Source: Takakia lepidozioides (Eukaryota; Plantae; Bryophyta). Taken from it: a stretch of DNA of 64,000 bases. The stretch is taken from positions 51,026,001 through 51,090,000 of the forward strand of contig CM060733.1 in NCBI GenBank assembly GCA_030704615.1, read 5' to 3'. The notes below the pieces were generated by a model. That model did not search any database, was not told where the DNA came from, and saw nothing but the letters and a program-made list of their open reading frames with translations. This document shows, piece after piece, positions 38,541-52,560 of this stretch (positions are counted from its first letter, which is position 1; the number at the start of each line of letters is the position of its first letter). Position numbers and translations under genes: made by a program.

Positions 38541-40341
38541 TGGAATTTTCAAGTTCGACTCAAGGGATGTAGCATACAGTGGATTATCTAGCCATTCTTA
38601 ACTCAGGCTTTGGCACAAACCGTGTCCTGGCCTAAGGCGCTCATTGGCCCACGGTCACACGGTCACATAGTCAATATGCTCGAAACTCTCAAAACTTACA
38701 CACCACACAAAATCTGCACTTTCACACATAGAAAATCCTAGGCGGCGCTGTAGTAATCCAAAGGGCCCGGGATTTTAGTGCATTCAGTTGTTGACAATGC
38801 GAGCTGCAACTTTGCTTTAGGGCCCACATCCATCCAATACCATCTTGTAAATGTACAACTAACAAGAGGCCCTATCATTGTTTTATTGATATGAAGTGTA
38901 ACATGTGCCCAACTGGGAACTAAAAACTTTCATGTTTCCATTACATCTCATAGGAACAACCCATGATATAAGGTTAAGGGCACTTTGGACCAACTTGATA
39001 CGAAGTCCCTACCCTGTCGGCCCTCGGGCAGGGCCAACAAACGACGCAACCACAGAAAGGTCGAACCGTCCTTTAGGGGATAATGACCAACCCTTGCTTC
39101 CCTCAGAGCTGTAAAGGCGGTTGGAGACTTCCAGCGGGCGGTGCAGTATAAGTCGTTACAGTACTGCAGCACCTGCCCCTTCCTTAGTTCTTTCGTCTAC
39201 CAACCCTGCCTGCCGACGAGTCGCTATTTTGAACATTGTCAGACAATTGTACAATACACTCGTATGCGCATTTGTTTGCAGGGCATTATTTTCCTCCGAT
39301 TGCCCTGCCATGCATAAGTTATTGCAGCAATTCGATCTACGTTCCTCAAGACTTGCACTACAAACACACCATCGCATCTCCGAATCTCCATGTCGTACTT
39401 GGCCCCTCGTAGTTCTTTTGATTTCGAACATCTTAAAAGTACGCTCCGTACTTGACAACACGTACTGTCCATAATATTTACTTCAAGGTAGTATCTGCAA
39501 ACAATAAGATTTCATATAAGTTCAGTGCTGCCATAACGGTTGATCGACCTACGATGTTTTGGTCACAGCGATACGCATAGAAACCACGGGGCCGCCGGCA
39601 ACATCGCACTGAGCTCTTGTGTACATGCAGAAACTCGACCTCAATTCGACAATAGTAACTGCGGATGAAGTCATCGGACGGATAATTCTAAGGCTTGGCC
39701 AATACTGGTGAGAACATAGGAGTTACTGTCACGTCAGCATTTGGCCAACAGATTTCCGAGGAAACTCACTAGCTGTCTCCATTGGACATGCCGACTTAAA
39801 CAACCAAGCTGGCATCCGTAGGGAACAGAGCTTCTACTTGAATGTGGTATCTATAGTATCTGTCACCATATCCTTTTGTTAGCACAGTCTATCAGCATTC
39901 TTGAAACATTCATTAGAGTCCTCAAGAACGTTGTACTATGAGGGCCATGTATGCATTTATCCTCTTGATCAATTCATTGTTCCAGGTGATAAAATTCTGA
40001 TTTGGTTTCTACAATGCGTATCCTGGAAGGCATTTCCGCCATTTCCTTCTTCGATCGCACCGCCTGGATCTTCACTCATCACAGAAACTTGTCTCTGGAA
40101 CACTTGAAGAATATACAATCTTCAATTTTCTTCCCATTCTTGAAACGCCTCCAAATGTTCATGAATATTTGGACGCCAGACCATCTCGGTTTTTCTACTA
40201 AGAGCAGGAGGAGCATCTGGATCATATATATATCTTAGAGTCCTTTTCACCGTCTCTGAAGGGGAAAATTAAGAGCTCGCATAGCTACCAAAGGTTCATC
40301 TATGTTTGCTCGCAATACAGGGAATGCCTGGACATCGTAAG

Positions 40342-40637
40342 TGTTAGAATATGCATTTATTCTCCCCTCAACAACTCTCCCATATTTGTAGGATTAGATC
40401 AGGTCTGGTTACCTACACACGACGGTGTTTCCTTATCTCTTACTATGAATAGCCAGCACAGCCTCTCCATCAGAATCTCATTGTATATAACCTGTTCATG
40501 CTTTCCGTTATATTCATTCTTTTTCACTGTTGAGTACAGGGTTCTTCAGCACGTTGTCTTCTTCTCACCGCCTTGTCAAGTGTTCTTTTGTTGCTGCTAG
40601 CGTCTATAGTAGCTTTAGATGTTCATGTTTTCCAACA
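40342..40637. mobile_element. Solo LTR
   Basis: TGTTAGAA...TTCCAACA termini, flanked by a perfect 5-bp TSD GTAAG (40337-40341 and 40638-40642). Confidence 0.9.
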
Positions 40638-43600
40638 GTAAGTCGGAAGAACCTCCATCGCCTATTCCTAAGCAGAATTCTGAAGTGATAGCCAATTTTC
40701 CCTTCATCAGTCTCATAAGGTCGGCTTCAACTAGTGCTAGAATGCCTTAGGGGATCTGTAAGAGCAAGAACTTTACTGGCATGCATAGAAATCAATTCAA
40801 ATTATTTCTTCCATAGAATGTTGTTCAGACTTTGTGTAAATTGGTTTTGTTTGAGGTGGTTGGTAGCTAACACTTTCATTCAACTGACCAGTGGCAAGGT
40901 TGTCTATTATCTGATAATGATCATCAAACGAGTGATGACTGAGAGCTGCTCTTTTCCGACCATTCTGTACATAGCACTGCCCTTCTACTTGGTTCTCAAA
41001 TGTGAACGTTCATGAATGGGACTCCGTGCCCAGATGATCCAGGCTCGTAGATGGAGCCATAAACTTGAATTCTAGAGAAGGTGCTTTGATTCATATCATC
41101 AGCTGGTAGAGACTTTCCTAATACCCGTGCTTGGATAAGAAACCCTAGCACAATCTCCTGCTGTACCCCCTTCGTCTAGTTCAACTTACTTTCGAGAAGT
41201 TTGACGTTTTTCAGTTGATTCTTGACCAATATATCTGTACAAGTTACTTTGCAAGGCTTATTGACGATACTGGAATCTCTCTAGATTTTATAAAGGTGTG
41301 GCATGAGCTCACCTTTGCACATCCACCCATTCTGTAAAGAATTTGGGAAGACCGATCCAAGGAGATCGTATGCCAACTTTTGATGGCGTCCAGCCAATCG
41401 TTCCAAAGCAAATTGAAATTAGGATCTCGAGATGGCATATTTCTTCAGGAAAAGCGGTATGTACAAAATTTCCAACCTTGCGGGTACATGCTGCACCCTA
41501 CTTCGTCAGTCACTTTTGCCGATTTCTATTGTTGGGTGACCAACTGTGATTTGGCAACAACAACGGCGATAGTCTTTGATATGATCTGTCAACATTCTTG
41601 GACTCGTTGTCCCATTTGCACTGTCGAATCCTGAATGACTGTGAAACATTTCACCCAGTATACGCTTGTGCTATAACTTCAAATTGTGGTGGTGGCTGAT
41701 CAAAAGTTAACACAGTTTCAACAATGATCGGCTACGACCACAATTTAGGTTAAAGCACAAGCAAACTTGTCTCGATCAAACTTGTCTACAGAAGTTCCGT
41801 CATAATTTGGGATCCAATCGTCTCTCCAGAGCAACAAAACATGCTTTCTTAGAAGGCAATCGTTGATCAAGTGCCAGGTGCTTGAGTTCGACCTACAAGT
41901 AACCAGTTGTAGCCATAGCCCAAGAGAAAGTGAGAGTCGCTCAAGAATAGTCAGAGGGACTATTTTCAGTAGTACTGATAACGGGAGAAGAGATAGAGAT
42001 GAGTTTAATTGTCCTATTTTGATTGGTGAGGAGAAAACGCTCTAACCGTTGAGGCTCCCATCGAGAGAGCATAGAGATGATCTAATCCTCAGAAATGGTA
42101 ACTGGGCCTAGAAGAGCAGGGAGAAGGGGAAAATTCCAAAGACCTTGAGAAAGATCATGAGAGAGACTTACAGGGGAAGTAGATAACAGGAAACAAGGAT
42201 TTGTCCAGTGCTATGCACGTTACATGCATCCTGCGTCGATTCAATACTCTTCATACAACCTTATTCTTCAGGGATAACATCAATTATACAACTCTGACAG
42301 CTTTCCACAGCTTGATGGATCCGAACTCGGGACCATGTGTGATGACAGCCGCGATGTCATCGTTGACCGGTCGGCAGTCCGCAATCGGTACCGACAGTTG
42401 CATAGTACCCTCATTGAATTCAGAAGGTTGCTCCTTTTGAAAACAATCAAACGTCTTCACGAATAACTAAATGTGGCTTTGACACTTGCACACATACCCT
42501 ATTCACTGTGCCCACTGGCCCGAGTCCTTGCAGCGACCAAATGTTTTCTTCCATGTTTCTAGAGGCAACAAAACCAAAAATCGAATCTTCCCCTGAATGA
42601 AAGGTGGAGACTGGAGACTACGCGTTTTGGAATACTTATACACGATTACTTTTAAGTGTCGGGAACTGCATGTCTGGTGGGCCCGATCTCTTTGTGCCAG
42701 TACATAACATGTGGGTTCTGTCGGTAGTGACTGTCGTAAATGATGTACTGTCCACGAGACATATGAGAGGCCTCTGAGAGCCTACAATTTTTGGCTCCTT
42801 TGCTTGTCATCTGAATCCAGGTTTCCAGGCACGTCAGGTGACACAAGCCATGCTATGGTCGGGTAAGTATGCCTCAAAGGATAGTGAAAACTATTTAGGT
42901 CTTCAAGTACCAATTTAAGTCACCTAATAATCTCATGGACTTGGAGCTCATAGATATGCTCCATTCTTGATGTGAGCTAAAGCACGTCTTCTGATGTAAG
43001 CTAAATCAAGCTTTTCGCAGGGTTCGCTTCCTTCCAAAAATATCCCCCGACACATCTCTATTCCTTCCTAGCAACTCTAGAATCCGCGAATCATCGGAGG
43101 TACCTAGCGTGGCCCACACGATGCACCTAGCCGCTTATGCCATATCAAACAAATTCTAATTCTACAACGTGGGTCAGAGAAGAAGAAATTTCAAACATGA
43201 TAATGAATCACCAAAGCATCAGTAGAAAGGTTTCCTCATATATAACCTTATAAGTTATGCATAATGCAAGAAATTGAGTAAGTACATGAGTAAGAAGAAT
43301 AATCGGCCAGTAGTTGAAAATATATCCAAACTCCAAAATTAGTAGTGTCATAGACATCAATATAGTCAACATTCAACTTGTAGTGGGATCAATAAACTCC
43401 AAAGAAGAGATTGGGGTATGAGGTGGAGTCTTGTAAGACCCAGTTTATAACCTAATTCTAGACATTTTTCAGATCTGAAATATCTTTCAGAAAGTACCAG
43501 ATAGAAAAATAGAAATTTCTGAAGATTGATCTTTTTCTATTTTTCAATGTACTACTGTGCTCTATATATGAGCAATAGTGTTAGGACCAACAACATGTTT

Positions 43601-46600
43601 TCCCTTGTCATGTTCAAAATAGCTTTGGAGTTTCATGAAAGATGAAGAGCATTCACCTATGTATGTAAAAAATAAAAAACATCATTACAAAGTGAATTAA
43701 TGATGATGCATGAGGTGAATAACATGACGTTTTCATGTTTGCCATCATACGATTTCTAGGTGATTAGAACATATATAACAAATGAACAATGCAACAATGT
43801 AACATGCGTGCAAGTGAGCATCTCACTAAGAGATTGCAATTGCAGAATAAAAATGTTGGAAGAGAAATACTCTCCATATGAATAAAACAAGAAGAGCCAT
43901 GGCTCTTTTTAAAGTCTCTTTGATGTCTTTGATAGTAGTGTAATAATGTGGGGTTGCACTTTAACATAGGTAGCAGATCAAACCTTTGGAAAAGCCAAAG
44001 TGCAAGGATACCGAGAAACCAGCCATCTTCCATAAATTCGTCACCCCTGTCGTAAGTTCAATTGGTTATGAATGACGGCATTCGTAATACAATTAATTGA
44101 ATATATTTTGTGTAGTTATTGTAAAACATTTTAGGTATGCTAATTTACTACAGTAAGTATTAGCAAACCCAAGGATGAGAGTGAGAGATGACGCCGACCA
44201 AAGCCTACCTCTCCCCCTTGCAGGTACTACCTCTTTTGGGGGTGGGTTCTATAAAACGAAACCATTATACTACAACTTGTTCGCTTTCAATTATTTATTA
44301 TTAAGGACGAGTGTTGTAAGACACTTGATTGCTGTAAAGTGGAGAGAAAGAAGAAAATGTTGCAATAGAGTTTTGTGGAAGGTCAAAGTTTTTTTATGAT
44401 GTCAAAGTTGTAATTATGTACACCTCCCCCAGCATGTGCGGTGATAATAATAAGTGGGGCGGTGTTCCAACCATGCTGGCGGATGACAAAGATCAATGAC
44501 GCATTATTTTCACGTTTATTGTGTAAAGTTTGGTCGGAGAATCGATCATGACGATAGGAATTTTTATGATAGTGATTCCAAGAGAATGATTTGGACCAAA
44601 GGTGGGGATGAGGATAATGAAAGATTGTGCACCAATACTGAATGGCTTGGATTGACATATACATGGTACAGCCATAGTGGTACTATGTGGTCAAGGGGTC
44701 ATCCCCGATTTGTGAACGACCAATTGTCATACTTTTTTTTCACAGTCGACATGATAATCCCAGAAAAACACACGAAAATGTGGGAAAAAAAAAACCCCCT
44801 TAAAAACAGTTGAAACATTTTCTTGCTTTCACGTTTCTTCTTCTTCTATTATCAGGTTTTTGTCTTTTCTGTCTTCCTTTCACGTTTAGCGAAGACGACC
44901 ATAAGGACGACCATAAGGTCCATTAGTCGTTATAGTACTATAATTATGAGAATCGAGAGCAGCTCGGGAGAGAGATGGAGCTACACATAAGTATCAGATC
45001 ACTTCTTATACTTTTTGTTCATGAATAAGGACATGATGGATATGACCCACATGCATTGCCAGATATTTTTTGAAATGTAACCCTGGAATTGCAAGAAGAA
45101 CCTGCTTATTGGACTTACAGAAAATTTTGTAATTGCCTATGCAACTGATTTTGCATTTGGAAACAACTCGAAACACTTGCAAATGTATCACGTCAAAAAC
45201 AGATCCTACATTATGACAAGTTACATTTGTACCTAATCCAAAATATACATAACAACTAATTGATAGTTTAACATCTCGTCACTAGTAGGCGCGCAACAAC
45301 GCGGAACCATAGTTTTCATTCGAAATGTTGTACTTCAATTGTAACAATCGGCTAGACGCGTATGGCTCCTCTTTGCCAATTGTGAAATCTACTTTCATCC
45401 ATGATAAACCTAAAACTCATCCATTTGCGTTCCACAAATTGTTCAATAAGATAACAATTATCTGAGGGAAGTATTACCTTGAGAGGAATTACCTTTTAAA
45501 TTTAATTTGATCAAAAGGGCCTCCGTCCTCTTTCTGGGTGAAAAAAAAAACAAAACATATGAGGGTAGTTTTCAGCAAAGGAGAGGAGGTAACGCATGGG
45601 GAAGGCACAAGAGGGGCTTAGTGTTTTTGACACTGAACAACTTAGTGGTCACGTTCATTTGTGGACTGTATGAGCTACGTGGGCGATAAAACACAACGAG
45701 CTTTTGTCCTAAACAATAGTACCAGCAATTTAATCTATTTTTAGATAGCATGCCTCATTAGTTTAAAAATGGAATATCTGTGTATTAAGTTCTTACCTCA
45801 ATTGTGAGCAGTTGCTCCCAGCTTTCCTTTTGGGAAAAAAATAAAATAAAATCTCTATTTTAGGTTCATTTGTGTTTTGTATGTATCATGAGCATTAGTG
45901 GTAGACATTTTGTCTACTGTAGTAGACGTGAATACCTATAAGTTATATTTGACCATTCTATTTATTTACCTATTGCGATAACAGATATTTAATTGTGAGA
46001 TGTCACTCCCAGGTGTTTCCCTTTAATATATATTTAAAAATATTTAAAAACAAATGCATGCAATTCATGCAAGCTCTGCCCTCTAGTAATTATGAATAGA
46101 TAGTCAAAATCTGGAAGATCACACAATGTTTATTAATAAATATCGTTGTAACAGGATTTGAGCCCCCCAATCACCCGAGCGGCATGCAGGGGAATATCCT
46201 CATCTATGGCATGCACAAGAAGTTGAACTCCAGACCTAAAGGCCATGAAACTGTTCATCTAGAGGATGCCATTCATTAGAAATATGGACAGAATGTTCTG
46301 GTGGCATCTGTCTCGATCGGATTGGAAGCATAATTGAAAGTATGGGTGCTCTAGCAGTTAAACCCTTTGCGTAGTCCTGCCTTAGGAAGGCAAGGCCAAT
46401 AAATAAATTTCAATTGTCTACACTATGACACATGTTGCATATTTTCTTATTGGCTTCCTCCCTTTAGACTTGGTATCATGTTGAAGTCAATGGAGGAAGT
46501 CTACTATCGAAACTCTTATTGGTCCAAAAACATTCATTGGTGCATGTTGTGCCGGGTCAGCCAATTAGTCATGCTAGAAAAAGAGCGATTGTTTTGTAAA

Positions 46601-47323
46601 ATAATTGCGCCCATTGCCGAAGCAAGCATAGGGCTACTGCCTTCCAATGGGAAGGTATACATCTTTTATGATATCCAACCTCTGGTTTGAACCGACAAGT
46701 GAATCACCTAACTGTTGGTTTTCTTAATAAAACAGCATAAAATCAGCTTGTAGAAACTACTTAGAATAGTCCGACAGCACACCTCATAACTTGGCCTTTC
46801 GCCGTTTGCGGCTTTGTTTTATATACATTTGTTGGTACATTTATAATATATCTTTGATTCCATATTGACCATATGATCCTGGAAGTTTATGTATAAAGGG
46901 AGATCCGGATGCGAGCTTGGAGGAACTGCTAGGGAGAATCCGGTTTTTTGTTTTTTGTTTTAAGAAAACAAAATGGAAAGGGAAACACCTGGGAGCGACA
47001 GCTCTGTTTTTTCCTTTATTGGCTCTGTTGTAAAGACATCTGGCAGACTTTGCAACATATTAGTCAATGGAGAAAATGTGGTCAGAGGACCTTAGACCGT
47101 GTCAAGGCTCCTAGTGGAGTGTTGTGCTGAGTCATGCCCCTCTCTCACCTACCTCTTATGTTTTGCCAAAGCAAGAGAGCCCATCGCTGTTTTAGGCTTG
47201 TTTCTTTTGGTTTTAGAAGGAGGGACTGTGGCCTCGGTTAACTTAGCAGGGGGACGAAAAATGTCCAAGAACACATGGATAAGTTTGGTGGAAAAAATAA
47301 CCACCGATTCCGATCGATTTGGT

Positions 47324-47487
47324 TCTAATATCATGGCTTTTGAGGTTATTTTATCCTCAGTCAATCTATTCGAGCTTTGCCCTTTCCAAACAAATAATTA
47401 AGGGGTCTAATATCGTGGCTTTTGAGGTTATTTTATCCTCAGTCAATCTATTCGAGCTTTGCCCTTTCCAAACAAATAATTAAGGGG
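47324..47487. repeat. 82-bp tandem duplication
   Basis: TCTAATATC(A/G)TGGCTTTTGAGG...TAATTAAGGGG occurs twice with one mismatch. Confidence 0.92.
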
Positions 47488-47494
47488 CCTCATT

Positions 47495-48665
47495 TGTGAG
47501 TGCGGACTCGCTATGGGGTGTTTCCTTTTAAAAAAGCAAAAAAGAAACAAAAAAGAACAATAAACACAATCTAGACAAACATCCGGCTTCCCTCGCACGG
47601 GGTGTTTCCTTTAAAAAAAGGAAAAACAAAACGTTAAAATCAGGTAAGGCGTATTAGGCCCTTTCCACAGGCCAATTTATTTGGCCGACTCGGCCACCCA
47701 GGGTGTACTGCCGATTCGGCAGGCAGAATCGGCAGGGATGGCCGATTATGTACTATGCACCCCGGATTACAGAACGTACCCAGGAAGCTAGCCCCCGTTT
47801 ATATCCTCTGCGGGTGTCTGAATCTGGGCAATCGATATGGGATAAATCATGCCCAATCAGATTGCACCAGGTATATTCCACCACCTGCTTTTAACGCCAA
47901 GTGAACGGGCCGTGTAGGGCCGACTCTGCCCTGTGCGCGGCCATAGGGCTCGCCCAAGGGCCGCTTACAGGGCACGGCCCGTTCTCTAGTACATAAAAGA
48001 ACAAAAAACATAATCCAGACAAGTGAGCGCGGACGGCCCGACGGCGGCCCTCGCACGGGGTGTTTCCTTTAAGAAAAAACAAAAACAAATAAAACATAAA
48101 ACATAAACAAAAAAAGTGGGTGCGGACTGACGGCCCTGGCTACGGGTTGTTTTTTACTATATTATGTTATATTTTTTAATTGTCTTTAAGAACAGGGGAC
48201 AGTGGCCCTGGATATATATATATGTTTTAATTGTTTATTATTGTGGGGTGTTTCCTTTCAGAAAAAACAAAAACAAAAAAAACAAAAAACAAAAAAAGAA
48301 AATGTGAGTGCGGACGGACCGCCCTCGCTAGGGGGTGTCTTTTTTAATTTGTTTAATTGTTTAATTGTTTTTAAGAACAGGGGACAGTGGCCCTGGATAA
48401 TTTATTGATAATTATTGTGGGAAAAAAAATTGTAGGGTGTTTCCTTTCAAATAAAATAGAAACAAAAAAACATAAACCAAAAAAGTGAGTGCGGCTCGCC
48501 ACGGGGTGTTTCCTTTCAGAAAAAACAAAAAAATAAACCAGATAACAAAAAATCAAATAAACACACGGTTACCGGAACCTAGATCGGTACGAACATAAAC
48601 TGTCCGTTTCAGAAGGAAATCAGGTGTTTCCCATTTTGTTTTCCCAGGTGTTTCCCTTTCTGCCA
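47495..48665. repeat. Motif/A-rich-spacer array, probably the interior of a DNA transposon
   Basis: GTGAGTGCGGAC..CGC..GGGGTGTTTCCTTT recurs about 8 times, each followed by A-rich tracts. An inverted copy of the motif (GAAAGGGAAACACCTGGGA) lies at ~46976. Confidence 0.7.
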
Positions 48666-49527
48666 GAAAAAAAAAGAAAAAAAAAAGAAGAAGAAGAAAA
48701 GAAAAGAAAAGAAATTATTTCAATCCAACGGTCTGAATTTCCACAAAAAGAACACGGTCGGCGTGGATTGGCTGATTGACCAGTCGTGCGATCCCCTACA
48801 AAAATAACCCGACATACTGTCGAGTCAACGCCGTCTCGACGGCCTGCGGAGAGAGAAGAGTGAAGGGAGAGAGTGAGAGAGAGAGATGGAGGCGGGGATG
48901 GAATCGCCTGCGGGCCTCTTGTCTGGAGTACTCGGTGAACAATCCGAGGATGGAGGCAGGATTGCCAAGTAATGACATGGGTTGAGAGCGGGACAGGGAT
49001 ACAAGGTGGGATGGGGAGGGAAGGAGGTCGGGAAGCCTTGAGCATAAATCAGTGGACAGCTACCGTGAGGTTCTCATTTACTTCAAGGCAGCAGCATCTG
49101 GGGATCCAGATGTGTGGTGGCACTGCGGTGAAGAATATCTGGGGAGGTTGAGGGAACGGGCCCGGATTCTCTTGGCATTGGGGCAGAAGAGGAGGCTGTG
49201 TGCCCGAATGTCCACTGCAAAAACTTTGGAAGCGAGGGAAATCTCTACCTTCATCTATGTACTCGAAGGCATACTGTGCGCAACTGGAAAGGGACATATG
49301 TTTGAAGATTTCTCGGGAGCAGATGTTTTTTCGATATGCCTGACCAATTGGCTGTGGACAGAATCCGACCTTTCCATTTTCTAGACACAGTGACAAAGTA
49401 CGAGGTTTGCAAGATCCGATTGCCAGATTCTCTGTAGAACGGCCATACCATCCTTGGCGCAAGCTTTAGGGGTCATAGAGAAGAGAGGAGGAAAAGAGAG
49501 GTATCCGTGTAGGTCCAAGCTCTCAAG

Positions 49528-51394
49528 ATGCCCGAACCCAGGGAGCGCTTCCCCTCGGGTTGGAGAAGTGTAGAGCTAGAACAAATTTTGAGTCAGGTCC
49601 CTCCCTCGGTGAAGTGTTCCAATTGTCCATGTCTCCGCACATCTTATCTGCCCGGTGTTTGCTGTCTCCTCAATGACAGATCCCGGGGGTGTGTGTCCAA
49701 GGCTAGCGAAGGGCAATCCAACGTCGGTCCTGTTTGGGATTATCCTAGTGTCCCTTTGCCAACGGGCACCAGCGTGGCCAGTGATGTCTGTAAGCTCTCG
49801 ACTACATGCTGTGACTCAGGCAGCACCAGCTATACCTCCAGGATAGCACCTCGGTGGCGTCCCAACAAGATTTCCAGGCCCGACCCTTCTTTGTATGTCA
49901 TCTTTTCATTTTTCTTTCATGCTCCTTCTTGATACATTGCATGTATGTATGTCAGATGGTGGACCTGTGTTTGAAGTCCTTATCAGATTCCCTTCACTCT
50001 TCAGCATTTTTTGTTATATGTTATGTTTGTGCAGCTTCCCCATTGCTCTTCCCCCTAAGTAAATCACATATGATTTGTACTTGCAGCATCACCCGGGCAG
50101 CCAGCTCTGTTGTCGAATCTCTTGAGGAAGATAGAGATATCAACCCTCCTTATCGTGACGATCTCCATGGTTGGCCAGCATCCCACATAGTTGAGGAAGA
50201 GCTGCAACAAGCGACCTTGCTGAAGTCTCTTCTGGGCTCTGGAGGTAAGAAACCTGAGAGCACTGACGTGAATGGAGAGGGGAGTGAATCTCAACGTGGA
50301 TTCTTCCGAGGAGTCCGACAACGTCCAGGAGTGAGGGGATTTCTTGTGGAGATTCGGCCTCCAAAGTGGAAGCGGACAATTTGGCTGGGAACCTACCCGA
50401 CACTTTTGGAAGCTGCCCACGCCTACGATGCCGGAATCTTCTACACTGGGAAGAGAACCCCTTTCAATTTTGCTGAGTCTAAAGGCTCTTTCCCTCCCCT
50501 TCCTCCTCATCTGTCTCTCAATGACTTCTCCCCTGACGTGATGAGGAAGATTAAACTATTCGTGAAGCAACAGGCTCTAGAGGCTGCCAACAGGGCTAAA
50601 GTAAGGACACATAATGAAATTGCAACCCCTGCAGTAACAGTGGAAGTTGATGGAGACATCTCTGAGGATTTGCAACCGATTTTGACAGCCCCCCACATGG
50701 AGGGAAATTGGAGTGCTTCATCAAATGTTAAGGATGATTTATGTTTTGAAGGCTGGAACTTTGAATTGAGTACGCCGCCATGCATGCACCTGAACCCAAT
50801 TCCAGATGATCGCCCCTCGTCTTATGATTCGCATGAAGGGAAGCTCCACGGAACGTCTGCAGCTACTGAGCAGGAACACCTCATTGCCTCAAGGGAGAAT
50901 TTGCATATGTGGAATGCATGGCTGGATGGTGAAGGAGGGGAGGACAGCGCCCATGCCACTGATGATGAACTTAAGGTCAGCAATACTCTCTAGCTAGTTG
51001 ACTTTGATTGGTATTTGTCTGCTGAGGAAATGCTTAAATTATCATTCGATATCTGCTGTGCTTCATGGATATCATCATCATAACTCCTTTGGTCTGGTGA
51101 TTGTAGGACCGTACGCTTAACCCTAAGCTGTTTTCATGCTGGGAAGATGAATACCGTGACCGAGCCTCTTTATATGCGGAGATCACATCACTTGTAAAGA
51201 TGCGTTCTACTTCGATTCGTCCCAAAATTGGAAATGTGGGTGTTGCAAGTTTTTCAATGGCACCAAGGGATGCAACACCTTTGGAATTTTGCATGATGGG
51301 GGCTTGCTTGGACAAGCACTCCATCCAGGAGGATGACCTTTCCAGTGATGAAGACACTCTTGATCTCCTGCTGTGGCCGCACGTGGTTGGATGA
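49528..51394 (+). CDS. AP2/ERF (DREB-like) transcription factor, 3 exons
   Basis: AP2 domain FRGVRQRPGVRGFLVEIRPPKWKRTIWLGTYPTLLEAAHAYDAGIFYTGKRTPFNF. Proposed exons 49528-49892, 50087-50975, 51107-51394 join in frame via GT-AG and end in acidic ..DEDTLDLLLWPHVVG*. The AP2 exon is secure; exons 1 and 3 are inferred. Confidence 0.85.
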
Positions 51395-52257
51395 GGGAGA
51401 CGAGATAACTTGCTGTGGCAGCATATGATTGGATGGAGAGAAATAATTCCTGTGGCTGTATAAGATCAGATGAGAGAAGGTATAACTTGATGTCTGTTTC
51501 ACTTGAATTAGGGAATGTCTCTCCCTCTCCTGGACCTTGTGTTTGATTTTGAGCATAAGCAGGTCATGTCCGTGATACCTTAAATCTTAATTTAGTGAAG
51601 ACTCTTCTATAGATAAAATGGAATTGTGAAGTGTCTGCTGGTAGGCAATCATCTATTGGATTCAGGTCAGGGATTTTCTCTCCATGAAAGTTTGATTTGT
51701 ACATGTATGCACCTCCTGACTGTTTTGTTTTTTTCATCATGTTTGTTTCCAGTTTGTAACATGGGTGAGGACCTTAAGGATGATTTGAAGGGCCTACCTA
51801 CCCTCGGCACTAGACTGAAATTGAAACTCAGTGCAGGGAGTCCTGTGAAGTTTGAACAATAAACAGATGCAGAGAGGAATGGGAGATTTTCAATGCCCAA
51901 TGTGCTGGTGGCCTAAAGACAAAATCCATTTTCTGAAACTGGGGTATTCTCATCAGAGGGAAACCCCTTCAGGACCATCAAGAGCATGGTTCCTGCACCT
52001 ACTTCCAAAATCTAGAGCTGAGCCTTAAGCCCTGGCGTCTAGCTGCTGGTCAGCTCACACTCAGCAGATTGATGCTTGTGTGAAGGGCTTTCTAGAGGAA
52101 ATCTGGAAAGCCGGAACTAATTGTTTATGTCAAGGTAGGTCCCTTTACTGGAGTGAGCCCCTCACAAAGGTAGTGTCTGTTCCCTCTTAGTCGACCCAAA
52201 CTGGGTGCCGGGTCTGTTGCCACTCTCTCTCCCTCCTTCCCTCTTTCTCTCTCTCAC

Positions 52258-52430
52258 TATGAGGATCAGAAATGCTTGGCAGCCTACCTGCACGAGACAT
52301 TCACCCTTAGACAATCACTCAAACAATAGTTCTTCTGGTTTCCTGTTTTCTCTCATGTTTTTCTTTCCATTTTGTCCCATAAGCTCTATGAGCTTTCCGC
52401 GGACGTTATAAAGCACCATTTCATTTCATT
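52258..52430 (+). mobile_element. LINE 3' end with (ATTTC)n tail
   Basis: GAGGATCAGAAATGCTT...GAGCTTTCCGCGGACGTTATAAAGCACCATTTCATTTCATT. Confidence 0.8.
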
Positions 52431-52560
52431 TCTCCCTCTCTTTATACTACCGGTGTCAGCCCCTGACAAAGGTAGTTTCTGTCCCTTCATGTTCCCCTCA
52501 AACTGAGCACGGGGTCAATGGCCACAAGGCTACGGCAAACGTCGTCTTATGAGTACATTC

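Noticed and set aside
49854-50086. Hydrophobic N-terminus of the 379-aa ORF (membrane-tethered AP2?)
   Set aside because: It starts at GTG and is T-rich; it fits a GT-AG intron (49893-50086).
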